Shown here one piece after another: positions 1 to 8,424 of a stretch of DNA of 64,000 nt (positions within the stretch are counted from its first letter, which is position 1; each line of letters opens with the position of its first letter). A model generated the notes under the pieces. The model did no database searches. It was not told the DNA's origin and saw only the letters and a list, made by a program, of their open reading frames with translations. The DNA is from Geopsychrobacteraceae bacterium. Its GTDB lineage: Bacteria; Desulfobacterota; Desulfuromonadia; Desulfuromonadales; Geopsychrobacteraceae. Location of the stretch: contig CAXXTB010000002.1 in NCBI GenBank assembly GCA_963676795.2, positions 32,001 through 96,000 on the forward strand, read 5' to 3'. The position numbers and the translations under genes were made by a program.

Positions 1-2364
1 GTTCAGTATTCCGCCACCGATTCAGTGTCACAGGTGATGACCCCGGAGCGGGGAGCCGAACTTCCCCCAGATCAATTCTCTGCAACCCAAGAGAGGCAGG
101 TGGAGGTTCCTTCGCAGGCGGAGCGCTATTTCATGCAGCTGGCCGGTGAGGAAAAGACTCCCCGCGGTCAGATTTCGCTGAAGACTGAACCGCTGAACCA
201 GTTCGGCTTCGATTTTTTTGACAACTCCCAAGGGTTTCAGGCCGATCAGGCCGGTCTTGTCGGACCGGACTATGTGCTTGGACCGGGTGATGTCTTGCGG
301 ATAGATGTCTGGGGCAATATCGAAGGACACTACCAGGCCCAGGTGGACCGTAACGGTGAGATCGTTCTTCCTAAAGTTGGTGTCGTCAATCTTGTTGGGC
401 AGAACTTTGCCCAGGCCAAAGAGACGATCAACCGGCAGATCGGCAAGTACTTCAAACAGTACCAGGTCAATGTCGCTCTCGACAGCCTGCGTTCCATCAA
501 TGTCTTTCTGGTAGGCGAAGTCAATGCGCCGGGAACCTACCGGGTCAGTTCCATGAGTACCGTGCTGACAGTTCTTTCGTCCGCTGGAGGGCCGTCAAAA
601 AACGGCAGTCTGCGTGAGATCAAGGTCCTGCGCGGTGGCCAGCAGTTGGCTCTCATTGACTTTTATAATTTTTTCCGGAGCGGGGACAACAGTCAGGATG
701 TTCGTCTTCAGTCGGGTGACACTATCCTGGTGCCGATCGCCGGAGCCCAGGTCGGCATCTCGGGGGGTGTCAGGCGGCCGGCGATCTATGAGCTGACGCC
801 GACCGAGACCCTTGGAGATCTGGTCGGGATGGCCGGTGGCCTTGTTTCGACGGCCTACCTGCAGAAGGTCAGATTGCAGCGGGTCGTCGCGCACAACAAT
901 GCGGCCGTAATCGATCTGTCGCTGACCGGAACAGAAGAGCAGGTCGCAAGCGCTTTAAGCTACCCGCTGCAAGATCGCGATCTGGTTCAGATTGCGCCGA
1001 TAACCGATGCCGGTGGATTTGTCACCCTGGTCGGCTACGTTGCCCGGCCGGGCGAGTACCAGCTGGAACCGGGGATGAGGCTTGCCGACCTGTTGCTGAA
1101 GTACAATAATCTGCTCCCTGAATATTTCCCCCAGACCGCACAGATTGTCCGCAAATCAGCCCCGGCATACCGGCCGGAGATACTGACCGTTAATCTGCAG
1201 CAGGCTCTGAACGGAGATGCGCAAAACAATATCCAACTGCAGGAATACGACCTGGTTCGTCTGTTTTCGACGGAAGAAATGCAGGAGCTGCCTGAGGTCA
1301 CTATCTCTGGTGCCGTGCTTAAGCCCGGAACCTATCGCTTGCTCGATAAGATGACGGTTGCTGATGTCGTTGCGGTTGCCGGTAACCTGAAAAGGGGCGC
1401 CTATCTCGATCTTGCCGAGCTGACCCGTTATGTGTCGAGCGGCAAGGACACCAATGTCGAACGCTATGAAATCAATCTGGGCGAGGCCTTGGCCCATGAT
1501 GCGGCCAATAATCTGCAATTGCAGCCGAATGATCACCTGATCGTCAGATCCATCCCGGATTTTAACGATCGTTACATGATGACCCTGAAGGGGGCGGTTC
1601 GGTTCCCTGGTAAATATGCGATTGGCAAGGGTGAGACGCTCTCCTCGGTTCTGGAACGGGCCGGTGGTTTCACTGACAAGTCATACCTGCGCGGGGCGGT
1701 TTTCAGCCGCGAATCCCTCAAGGAAGCACAGCAGAAGCAGATCGACAAGCTGATCGCCGAAGAGCAACAGCAGCTGTCAAGAATTGCTCAGGAAATTGCA
1801 GTCGGGGCGATGAGTGCGGAGGAATCCAAGTCGGCTGAGACCCTGCTGGAAAACCGGAAAACCCTGATCGAGGACCTGAAGAAAACACCGCCAACCGGAC
1901 GCCTGGTCATTGCGCTGACAGAACTCAATGAATTTAAGGGAAGCCCTCAGGATATTATGCTGATGGACAGGGACGAACTGATTATTCCGGAAAATCCACA
2001 GACCGTCAATGTTCAGGGCGAGGTCTACAATTCGACCTCGCTCAGCTGGATTCCCGGCAAAACCGTCAGTTACTACCTGGGAAAAGTCGGCGGCGCCAAG
2101 GAAACCGCCAACGACGACGAAATGTTCATCGTCCGTGCGGACGGCACGGTGGTTAGCAAACAGCAGGGAGGCCGCGGTATTGGCTGGGACAAGGAAAACT
2201 GGCGCTGGACCTTCGGCGGTTTCAACAACACGATCCTTTACCCGGGGGACTCGATCCTGGTGCCGGAGAAATACAAGCAGTACGACTGGCTGAGAGAGAC
2301 CAAGGATATCAGCGCCATCATCTACCAGATGGCCTTGGGCGCGGCGGCAGTGGCAAGCTTTTGA
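1..2364 (+). CDS. Polysaccharide export protein with multiple SLBB domains (Wza/KpsD/OtnA-like); 5'-truncated by the window edge
   Basis: Poly_export motif DYVLGPGDVLRIDVWG followed by repeated SLBB units (V.GEV..PG.Y, AGG). The frame is open from base 1. Confidence 0.9.
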   Translation, partial: VQYSATDSVSQVMTPERGAELPPDQFSATQERQVEVPSQAERYFMQLAGEEKTPRGQISLKTEPLNQFGFDFFDNSQGFQADQAGLVGPDYVLGPGDVLRIDVWGNIEGHYQAQVDRNGEIVLPKVGVVNLVGQNFAQAKETINRQIGKYFKQYQVNVALDSLRSINVFLVGEVNAPGTYRVSSMSTVLTVLSSAGGPSKNGSLREIKVLRGGQQLALIDFYNFFRSGDNSQDVRLQSGDTILVPIAGAQVGISGGVRRPAIYELTPTETLGDLVGMAGGLVSTAYLQKVRLQRVVAHNNAAVIDLSLTGTEEQVASALSYPLQDRDLVQIAPITDAGGFVTLVGYVARPGEYQLEPGMRLADLLLKYNNLLPEYFPQTAQIVRKSAPAYRPEILTVNLQQALNGDAQNNIQLQEYDLVRLFSTEEMQELPEVTISGAVLKPGTYRLLDKMTVADVVAVAGNLKRGAYLDLAELTRYVSSGKDTNVERYEINLGEALAHDAANNLQLQPNDHLIVRSIPDFNDRYMMTLKGAVRFPGKYAIGKGETLSSVLERAGGFTDKSYLRGAVFSRESLKEAQQKQIDKLIAEEQQQLSRIAQEIAVGAMSAEESKSAETLLENRKTLIEDLKKTPPTGRLVIALTELNEFKGSPQDIMLMDRDELIIPENPQTVNVQGEVYNSTSLSWIPGKTVSYYLGKVGGAKETANDDEMFIVRADGTVVSKQQGGRGIGWDKENWRWTFGGFNNTILYPGDSILVPEKYKQYDWLRETKDISAIIYQMALGAAAVASF

Positions 2365-2368
2365 GGAC

Positions 2369-2553
2369 TGTGAAGCGAGAGAGGCCGTGAAGTGTGAAGC
2401 GTTAATCGTGAAGCGAGAATGGGGACAGTTTGCGAGTAACGGGTCACGATTCACGGTCTACAGGCAACGAATAACGATTCACGAGTAACGGATCACGAGT
2501 AACGGATCACGAGTAACGGATCACGAGTAACGGATCACGAGTAACGGATCACG
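2369..2553. repeat. Heptamer repeat junction J1: left arm (YGTGAAK)n, right arm (GRNTMAC)n, including GAGTAACGGATCAC x5 at 2483-2552
   Basis: Read directly. 7-nt periodicity; the right-arm unit ATTCACG is the reverse complement of the left-arm unit CGTGAAT. Confidence 0.95.
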
Positions 2554-2569
2554 CTGCCATTAACGGACA

Positions 2570-2926
2570 ATGCTCATGCATAAAAAACTGGATGTATGGA
2601 ATGTAGCCGTTGAACTTGCGACATCGATATATAGGTTGACGCAGGAGTTTCCTGCCGAAGAGAAATTTGGCTTGGCTTCACAAATGAGGAAAGCTTCAGT
2701 ATCAATCAGCTCAAATATTGCAGAAGGCGCAGCAAGACAAACTGCAAAAGAGTATATCCAGTTTTTGTATATAGCTTCCGGTTCGGCAAGTGAACTGGAT
2801 ACGCAGTTAGTGATCGCAGAGAAGGTTGGCCTGATTTCAGAGATGGATAGCACTGAGATAAAAACGAAGCTGAAATCTGTATCTCAGATGCTGCATGGCT
2901 TGATAAGACGGCTTAAGAGGCCGTGA
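2570..2926 (+). CDS. Four-helix-bundle protein (23S rRNA intervening-sequence protein / Avd-like family)
   Basis: Signature L.VW..A..L...IY.LT..FP.EEKFGL.SQMR.ASVSI.SNIAEG..R and FL.IA.GS..EL.TQL; 118 aa. Confidence 0.92.
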   Translation: MLMHKKLDVWNVAVELATSIYRLTQEFPAEEKFGLASQMRKASVSISSNIAEGAARQTAKEYIQFLYIASGSASELDTQLVIAEKVGLISEMDSTEIKTKLKSVSQMLHGLIRRLKRP

Positions 2927-3112
2927 AGTGTGAATCGTGAAAGACCGTGAATTGTGAATCGTGAAGCGTGAATGGTTAAAACGAATCACGAGTAACGAAT
3001 CACGAGTAACGGTTCACAAGTAACGGTTCACAAGTAACGGTTCACAAGTAACGGTTCACAAGTAACGGTTTTGCAGATAACGAATCACGGTCCTACAAGT
3101 AACGAGTAACGA
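2916..3112. repeat. Heptamer repeat junction J2, including GTAACGGTTCACAA x4 plus a partial copy at 3006-3070
   Basis: Same two-arm organisation as J1. It starts with AGAGGCCGTGAAGTGTGAA, identical to 2380-2398. Confidence 0.95.
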
Positions 3113-3116
3113 TTTA

Positions 3117-3422
3117 ATGCGCTTAACACAGTTTCAAATAGCAACACTAAAGCAGGTCGCCGGCGAGGTTTTCGGATCGGAGATTCAGCTCTACCTGTTC
3201 GGCTCACGGGTTGATGACCAGCGGGCTGGCGGGGATATTGATCTATATGTCGTCGGTTTTAATCGGTCAATAGAACAACAAGTGGATGCTAAGATTAGTT
3301 TCTTGGCCAAAGTTAAAATGGTTCTTGGTGAACAGCGCGTCGACCTTGTTTTTGCACCGCAAGAAGGGCAGCCGCATTTGCCAATTCATCAGCAGGCGGA
3401 ACTAACAGGAGTACTCTTGTGA
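3117..3422 (+). CDS. Minimal nucleotidyltransferase (MNT), putative antitoxin
   Basis: LFGSRVD...GGDIDL motif; 101 aa; overlaps the next gene by 4 nt. Confidence 0.88.
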   Translation: MRLTQFQIATLKQVAGEVFGSEIQLYLFGSRVDDQRAGGDIDLYVVGFNRSIEQQVDAKISFLAKVKMVLGEQRVDLVFAPQEGQPHLPIHQQAELTGVLL

Positions 3423-3892
3423 ATCGTGACGAAATCATCAGTTTCAAACTGAAACCGGCTTTGGAGGAATGCGAGTTGCACCTGCGGCGCTTGCATAGCG
3501 CCTGGCAAGAGGCCGTGACATTTGAACCGTTACAGACAGGCCTAATGGGTGAGTTAACGGAGGACCAGATAAAAACCCTGGATCAGTTGCTGTTTCGCTT
3601 CGGCAAACTGCAGGATGCAATAGGGACGCGTCTGTTGCCCGCGACGCTACAGCTGGTTGAAGAGTGGCGAGATAACGAGCCATTCCTGGATAAACTGAAC
3701 AGGGCCGAAAAGCTCGGCATCCTTTCGTCAGTGGAACAGTGGCAGTTGCTGCGGGAATTACGCAACCAAACTGCCCACGAATATCCGAATCAACCCGAAA
3801 TGGTCAAAGCAAACCTCGCCAGATTGCTGGCCCAGGTTCCGGTTTTGGAAGAGATTCATCAGCGGATAACCGAATGGCTGGCAAAACGTTGA
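3419..3892 (+). CDS. HEPN-like / nucleotidyltransferase substrate-binding protein, putative RNase toxin
   Basis: RNQTAHEY (R-X4-H) motif and DQLLFRFGKLQD; translationally coupled to the MNT gene. Confidence 0.82.
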   Translation: MNRDEIISFKLKPALEECELHLRRLHSAWQEAVTFEPLQTGLMGELTEDQIKTLDQLLFRFGKLQDAIGTRLLPATLQLVEEWRDNEPFLDKLNRAEKLGILSSVEQWQLLRELRNQTAHEYPNQPEMVKANLARLLAQVPVLEEIHQRITEWLAKR

Positions 3893-3894
3893 AG

Positions 3895-4175
3895 GGCCGT
3901 GAATCGTGAAGTGTGGAAAGACCGTGAAGTGTGTCAGACCGTGAAGTGTGAATGGTAAAGCGTGAATGGTAAAGCGTGAATGGTAAAGCGTGAATGGTAA
4001 AGCGTGAATGGTAAAGCGTGAATGGTAAAGCGTGAATGGTAAAGCGTGAATGGTAAAGCGTGAATGGTTGAAAGCAGTAACGAATCACGAGTCACAAGTA
4101 ACGAATCACGAGTCACAAGTAACGAGTAACGATTCACAAGTAACGAGTAACGATTCACAAGTAACGAGTAACGAA
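3895..4175. repeat. Heptamer repeat junction J3, including GTGAATGGTAAAGC x8 (3948-4059) and 21-mer duplications in the right arm
   Basis: Read directly; same polarity as J1 and J2. Confidence 0.95.
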
Positions 4176-4206
4176 TATGGACTTAACATACAACGGATTA
4201 CAATAA

Positions 4207-5424
4207 ATGACGGAACATACGAATAAAGACCAAAACGTCCAAATGCTGCAACCAGACGACGAGATCAACCTGCTCGAACTGCTTCTTGTCATTGTTCAGC
4301 ATAAAAAGATGATCATCCTGACCTGTGTGATCACCTTTATTGTCGCCTGCGGGCTGACGCTGCTGATGCCTAATATCTATACAGCGACGGCCAGAGTGTT
4401 GCCTCCTCAGGAGGATTCGGGTGGTTTAAGTTCTATGCTTGGCAGTATGGGCGGACTTGCCTCTCTGGCTGGTATTTCGACCGGTGGTGGCAAGGGCGAT
4501 TTATACGTCGGGATGCTCAAAAGCCGGACAGTCAGTGACGCAATAATCGATCGTTTCGATTTGATGAAATATTATGAATGGAATTCACGGACTGGTGCTT
4601 ATAGTGAATTAGCTGGCAAAGCAAAATTTTCTCTTGGCAAGGATGATGGCATCATGACTGTCAGCTTTGAAGACGAAGATCCAAAATTTGCGGCCGATAT
4701 CGCCAATGCCTATGTCGAGGAGCTGCAGAAGTTGAACGTCAAGATCAACTTGAATAATGCTGGAAGAGAACGCGTCTTTCTGGAAGATCGGCTCAATGTT
4801 GTTAAAACGGATCTTGCTCAGGCAGAAGATGCTCTCAAGGAGTTTCAGGAGAAGAACAAGGCGATCAGAATCGATGATCAGGCCAGTGCCATTATCGGCG
4901 CCATTGCAACACTAAAGGGAGAATTGGCCAGCAAAGAGGTTGAGTTAGGAGTGCTGCTATCAGCACAGACAGATCGGAACCCACAAGTTATTGCCATGCG
5001 TGAAGGAATCGCTCAGGTCAAGGATCAAATATCAAAGCTCGAACGTTCACCAGAAGGGAAAAAAATCTCGGACGACATCTTCTTGGCGACCTCCGAAGTT
5101 CCCGAACTGGGTGTTCAATATGCGCGATTGCTGCGAAATTTTAAGGTCCAAGAAACTTTGTTTGAGTTGCTGACTAAGCAGTATGAGATCTCCAAGATTA
5201 ACGAAGCCAAGAATACATCTACAATTCAAGTATTGGATAGCGCTATTCCTGCGGACAGTAAAACTAAGCCGAGACGAGGAAGAATTGTCCTACTTGCAAC
5301 TTTTTGCGCAGCTTTTTTATCATTCATTGCCGCCTTGGTGCTAGCTTTTGGGCGAAAAATTGACGATGAGGATCGTCAGCGGTGGGAACTGATAAAGAGG
5401 CAACTGATATTTTTTAGGAAGTAA
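4207..5424 (+). CDS. Polysaccharide co-polymerase / chain-length determinant (Wzz-like, GNVR region)
   Basis: DDEINLLELL N-terminus, TM helix, YTATARVLPP, coiled coil, then VLDSAIP...KPRR and a C-terminal TM helix; no kinase domain. Confidence 0.88.
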   Translation: MTEHTNKDQNVQMLQPDDEINLLELLLVIVQHKKMIILTCVITFIVACGLTLLMPNIYTATARVLPPQEDSGGLSSMLGSMGGLASLAGISTGGGKGDLYVGMLKSRTVSDAIIDRFDLMKYYEWNSRTGAYSELAGKAKFSLGKDDGIMTVSFEDEDPKFAADIANAYVEELQKLNVKINLNNAGRERVFLEDRLNVVKTDLAQAEDALKEFQEKNKAIRIDDQASAIIGAIATLKGELASKEVELGVLLSAQTDRNPQVIAMREGIAQVKDQISKLERSPEGKKISDDIFLATSEVPELGVQYARLLRNFKVQETLFELLTKQYEISKINEAKNTSTIQVLDSAIPADSKTKPRRGRIVLLATFCAAFLSFIAALVLAFGRKIDDEDRQRWELIKRQLIFFRK

Positions 5425-5478
5425 CAGAAATTGTAAAAGACGGATTTTTCCTATTTAGTCAAGTGATAATGAGTGCTT

Positions 5479-6438
5479 ATGAAAAACTTTGCGTTGATAG
5501 GGGTCGGTGGCTATATTGCTCCGCGGCACATGAAGGCGATAAAAGAGACAGGGAATGATCTTGTTGCGGCGATTGATAAAAATGATTCTGTTGGAATAAT
5601 GGACTCGTTCTTCCCCAAATCACATTTTTTTACAGAATTTGAACGCTTTGATCGACATGTTGAAAAACTACGCAGAGAAAATGCGGGTCGGGAGGTAAAT
5701 TATGTGAGCATATGTTCACCAAATTATTTGCATGATGCTCATATAAGATTTGCGCTGCGGGCGCATGCAAATGCTATATGTGAAAAGCCGCTTGTTTTAA
5801 ACCCTTGGAATATAGACCCATTGCAGGAAATAGAGAGTGAGACAGGAAAGAGGATCAATACCATCCTCCAGCTGCGTCTGCATCCTAGTATTGTCGCTTT
5901 AAAAGAGAAGGTTGAGTGTCTTCTCAAGGAGGATCCCGGTAAGGTATTTGATGTCGATCTGAATTACCTGACTTCGAGAGGGCGCTGGTATCATATAAGC
6001 TGGAAGGGAGATGTCGATAAATCCGGGGGAGTTGCTACGAATATTGGTGTGCATTTTTTTGATATGCTGTCGTATATCTTTGGACCTGTGCAGAAGAATA
6101 TCAATAATATTCATACAAAAGATACTGCTGCAGGCTATCTGGAGTTGAAACATGCGCGTATCCGTTGGTTTCTTAGTGTCAGCTCTGAATATTTACCCGC
6201 TGCGGTGAAGGCTGCTGAAAAGACTACGTTTAGATCAATAACTGTTGATGGTGTTGAGTTTGAATTCTCTGGCGGTTTTACTGATTTGCATACAAAAAGT
6301 TACGAAGAGATTCTTGCCGGACGTGGGTTTGGACTAGATTCTGTGAGAAATTGCATTCAGATAGTTCATGATTATCGTGAAGCCATTCCTGTCGGCTTAA
6401 AGGGAGACTATCATCCTTTCTGCGTCAAGGTGAAATGA
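5479..6438 (+). CDS. wbpB: UDP-GlcNAcA 3-dehydrogenase (Gfo/Idh/MocA family)
   Basis: MKNFALIG..GYIAPRH, ICSPNYLHDAHIR, CEKPLVLNP, KSGGVATNIGVHFFD; adjacent to wbpD/wbpE-like genes. Confidence 0.9.
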   Translation: MKNFALIGVGGYIAPRHMKAIKETGNDLVAAIDKNDSVGIMDSFFPKSHFFTEFERFDRHVEKLRRENAGREVNYVSICSPNYLHDAHIRFALRAHANAICEKPLVLNPWNIDPLQEIESETGKRINTILQLRLHPSIVALKEKVECLLKEDPGKVFDVDLNYLTSRGRWYHISWKGDVDKSGGVATNIGVHFFDMLSYIFGPVQKNINNIHTKDTAAGYLELKHARIRWFLSVSSEYLPAAVKAAEKTTFRSITVDGVEFEFSGGFTDLHTKSYEEILAGRGFGLDSVRNCIQIVHDYREAIPVGLKGDYHPFCVKVK

Positions 6439-7109
6439 TGACTGATATTGCAGATACGTTCTTTGTACATGAATCGAGCTATGTCGATGACAATGTAAAT
6501 GTTGGAACTGGTACAAAAATATGGCACTTCTGTCATGTTCTTTCATATACTGAGATCGGGACCAATTGTTCTTTTGGGCAGAATTGCGTTATTGGTCCCA
6601 GGGTTAAAGTCGGAAATAATGTCAGGGTTCAGAATAATATCTCGATTTATGAGGGGGTGGAAATCGAAGATGATGTTTTCCTAGGACCTTCATGTGTTCT
6701 GACAAATGTGACAAATCCCAGATCTCAGGTGTCCAGAAAATCCCTTTTTGAAAAAACCCTTCTCAGGCGTGGATGCTCTATCGGCGCAAACGCCACAATC
6801 GTATGCGGAATCACTGTAGGTAAATATGCTTTTGTGGCAGCTGGTGCTGTTGTTGCTGCTGATGTCCCTGATTATGCTCTAATGGTCGGGGTCCCCGCAA
6901 AACAAAAAGGTTGGATGAGCAGGCATGGGCATGTATTGGAAAACGCGAACCATGAAGGAATTTTAGTATGTCCTGAAAGTAAGCTAAGATATCGGGAATG
7001 CAATGGCGTATTGCGCTGTTTGGATTTGAACGAAAATGATCCTCTGCCTGTTGATCTCTCCGTGGGGAAAAAATCATACAAAGAATACAAAGAATACAAA
7101 GAAGATTGA
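6435..7109 (+). CDS. wbpD: Hexapeptide-repeat N-acetyltransferase for UDP-3-amino-GlcNAcA
   Basis: GTKIWHFCHV, CSFGQN, VFLGPSCVLTNV.NPRS, GANATIVCG. Confidence 0.88.
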   Translation: MMTDIADTFFVHESSYVDDNVNVGTGTKIWHFCHVLSYTEIGTNCSFGQNCVIGPRVKVGNNVRVQNNISIYEGVEIEDDVFLGPSCVLTNVTNPRSQVSRKSLFEKTLLRRGCSIGANATIVCGITVGKYAFVAAGAVVAADVPDYALMVGVPAKQKGWMSRHGHVLENANHEGILVCPESKLRYRECNGVLRCLDLNENDPLPVDLSVGKKSYKEYKEYKED

Positions 7110-8273
7110 ATGATGCAAAAAATTCTATTTATAGATCTGCAAGCCCAACAGGCATCCATTCGCTCCCAAATTGATGTAGCAATTAAGCGGGTCCTCGATC
7201 ACGGGCAGTATATTATGGGACCAGAAGTTTTTGAATTGGAGCGGCGCTTGCAGACCTTCGCGGGAGCGAAACATTGCATTTCTGTTGCGAGTGGTACTGA
7301 TGCCCTGTTGATTAGTTTGATGGCAATCGGTGTAGGGCGTGGAGATGAAGTTATCACTACACCTTTTACGTTTGCTTCTACTGCCGAAGTTATCGCTCTT
7401 CTTGGTGCGATCCCGGTGTTTGTCGATGTTGAGGCTGATACCGGTAATATAGATGTTGCGAAATTGGCGGGTGCAGTAACTGAAAAAACAAAAGTAATTA
7501 TGCCTGTAAGCCTTTACGGTCAGCCCGCTGATATGGATGAAATCAATGCTTTTGCCGAGCAGCATGGCTTAAAGGTTGTTGAAGACGGATGTCAGTCTTT
7601 TGGGGCGACCTATAAAGGTAAATCCAGCTGCAATCTTTCTACAATAGGATGCACAAGCTTTTTTCCGAGTAAGCCGCTCGGGTGTTATGGAGACGGAGGT
7701 GCTATTTTCACTTCAGATGATGACCTCGCTCGGGCTTGCAGGGAGATTAGGGTCCATGGCCAAAGTCAACGTTATGTTCATACCCGTATAGGTGTGGGCG
7801 GCCGTCTGGACACTATTCAGGCTGCGATATTGCTAGAAAAGCTTACTCTCTTTGAGTGGGAGGTCGCACAACGTACCAAGGTTGGGGACCGTTATAATCA
7901 GTTAATGGATCAGTGTGGCATACAACGAATGCAGCAGCGACCTGATCGAACCAGTGTTTTTGCTCAGTACACAGTGTTGCTAGATGATCGTCACGAGGTT
8001 CAAAGGAGGCTTGGTGAGGGGGGCAAGAGAGAGTCAGGCAGAGTTGGTTCTGCAGAAGGGGGCGGTGATCAATTAATTTCAGTGCCGACAGCGGTACATT
8101 ATCCGGTGCCACTGAATGGTCAACCTGCTTATTCAGGGTTATCTGGTGGAATTGATACCCCGATCGCCGCTGAATTGGCTGGTCGTGTGCTGAGTCTGCC
8201 AATGCACGCTTTTTTAAGAGTTGATGAACAGGACAGGATTGTTAACTCATTGAAGATGGCATTAGAAAATTAA
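7110..8273 (+). CDS. wbpE: DegT/DnrJ/EryC1/StrS PLP aminotransferase
   Basis: FIDL.AQ, GQYIMGPEV, SFFPSKPLGCYGDGG, RLDTIQAA. Confidence 0.88.
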   Translation: MMQKILFIDLQAQQASIRSQIDVAIKRVLDHGQYIMGPEVFELERRLQTFAGAKHCISVASGTDALLISLMAIGVGRGDEVITTPFTFASTAEVIALLGAIPVFVDVEADTGNIDVAKLAGAVTEKTKVIMPVSLYGQPADMDEINAFAEQHGLKVVEDGCQSFGATYKGKSSCNLSTIGCTSFFPSKPLGCYGDGGAIFTSDDDLARACREIRVHGQSQRYVHTRIGVGGRLDTIQAAILLEKLTLFEWEVAQRTKVGDRYNQLMDQCGIQRMQQRPDRTSVFAQYTVLLDDRHEVQRRLGEGGKRESGRVGSAEGGGDQLISVPTAVHYPVPLNGQPAYSGLSGGIDTPIAAELAGRVLSLPMHAFLRVDEQDRIVNSLKMALEN

Positions 8274-8424
8274 TTATTTCAATAAAACGAAGTTTTTCGT
8301 TTGTGCAATGGATTGTTGATTTCCGATCATGTCGGTGTCATGCATATGAGTACTAGAGAGTTGTCAACGTATTTTTCGTATTGATGACAAAAAACAACTG
8401 AAGTTAGAATAGTCCGGAACTTTA

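Noticed and set aside
2570..2926. Diversity-generating retroelement or rRNA intervening sequence, given the Avd/IVS-family protein
   Set aside because: No reverse transcriptase, no TR/VR pair with adenine-specific mismatches, and no rRNA sequence around the gene.
3804..4158. Minus-strand ORFs with repeated FTLYHSRFTIHALP peptides
   Set aside because: They are translations of the 14-mer tandem repeat, with no independent sign of coding.
2369..4175. CRISPR array interpretation of the heptamer/14-mer repeats
   Set aside because: The units are contiguous tandem repeats with no unique spacers, and no cas genes are in the window.
7077..7103. TACAAAGAA x3 at the 3' end of wbpD (YKEYKEYKE)
   Set aside because: A short in-frame microduplication in a variable tail; no evident link to the other repeat families.
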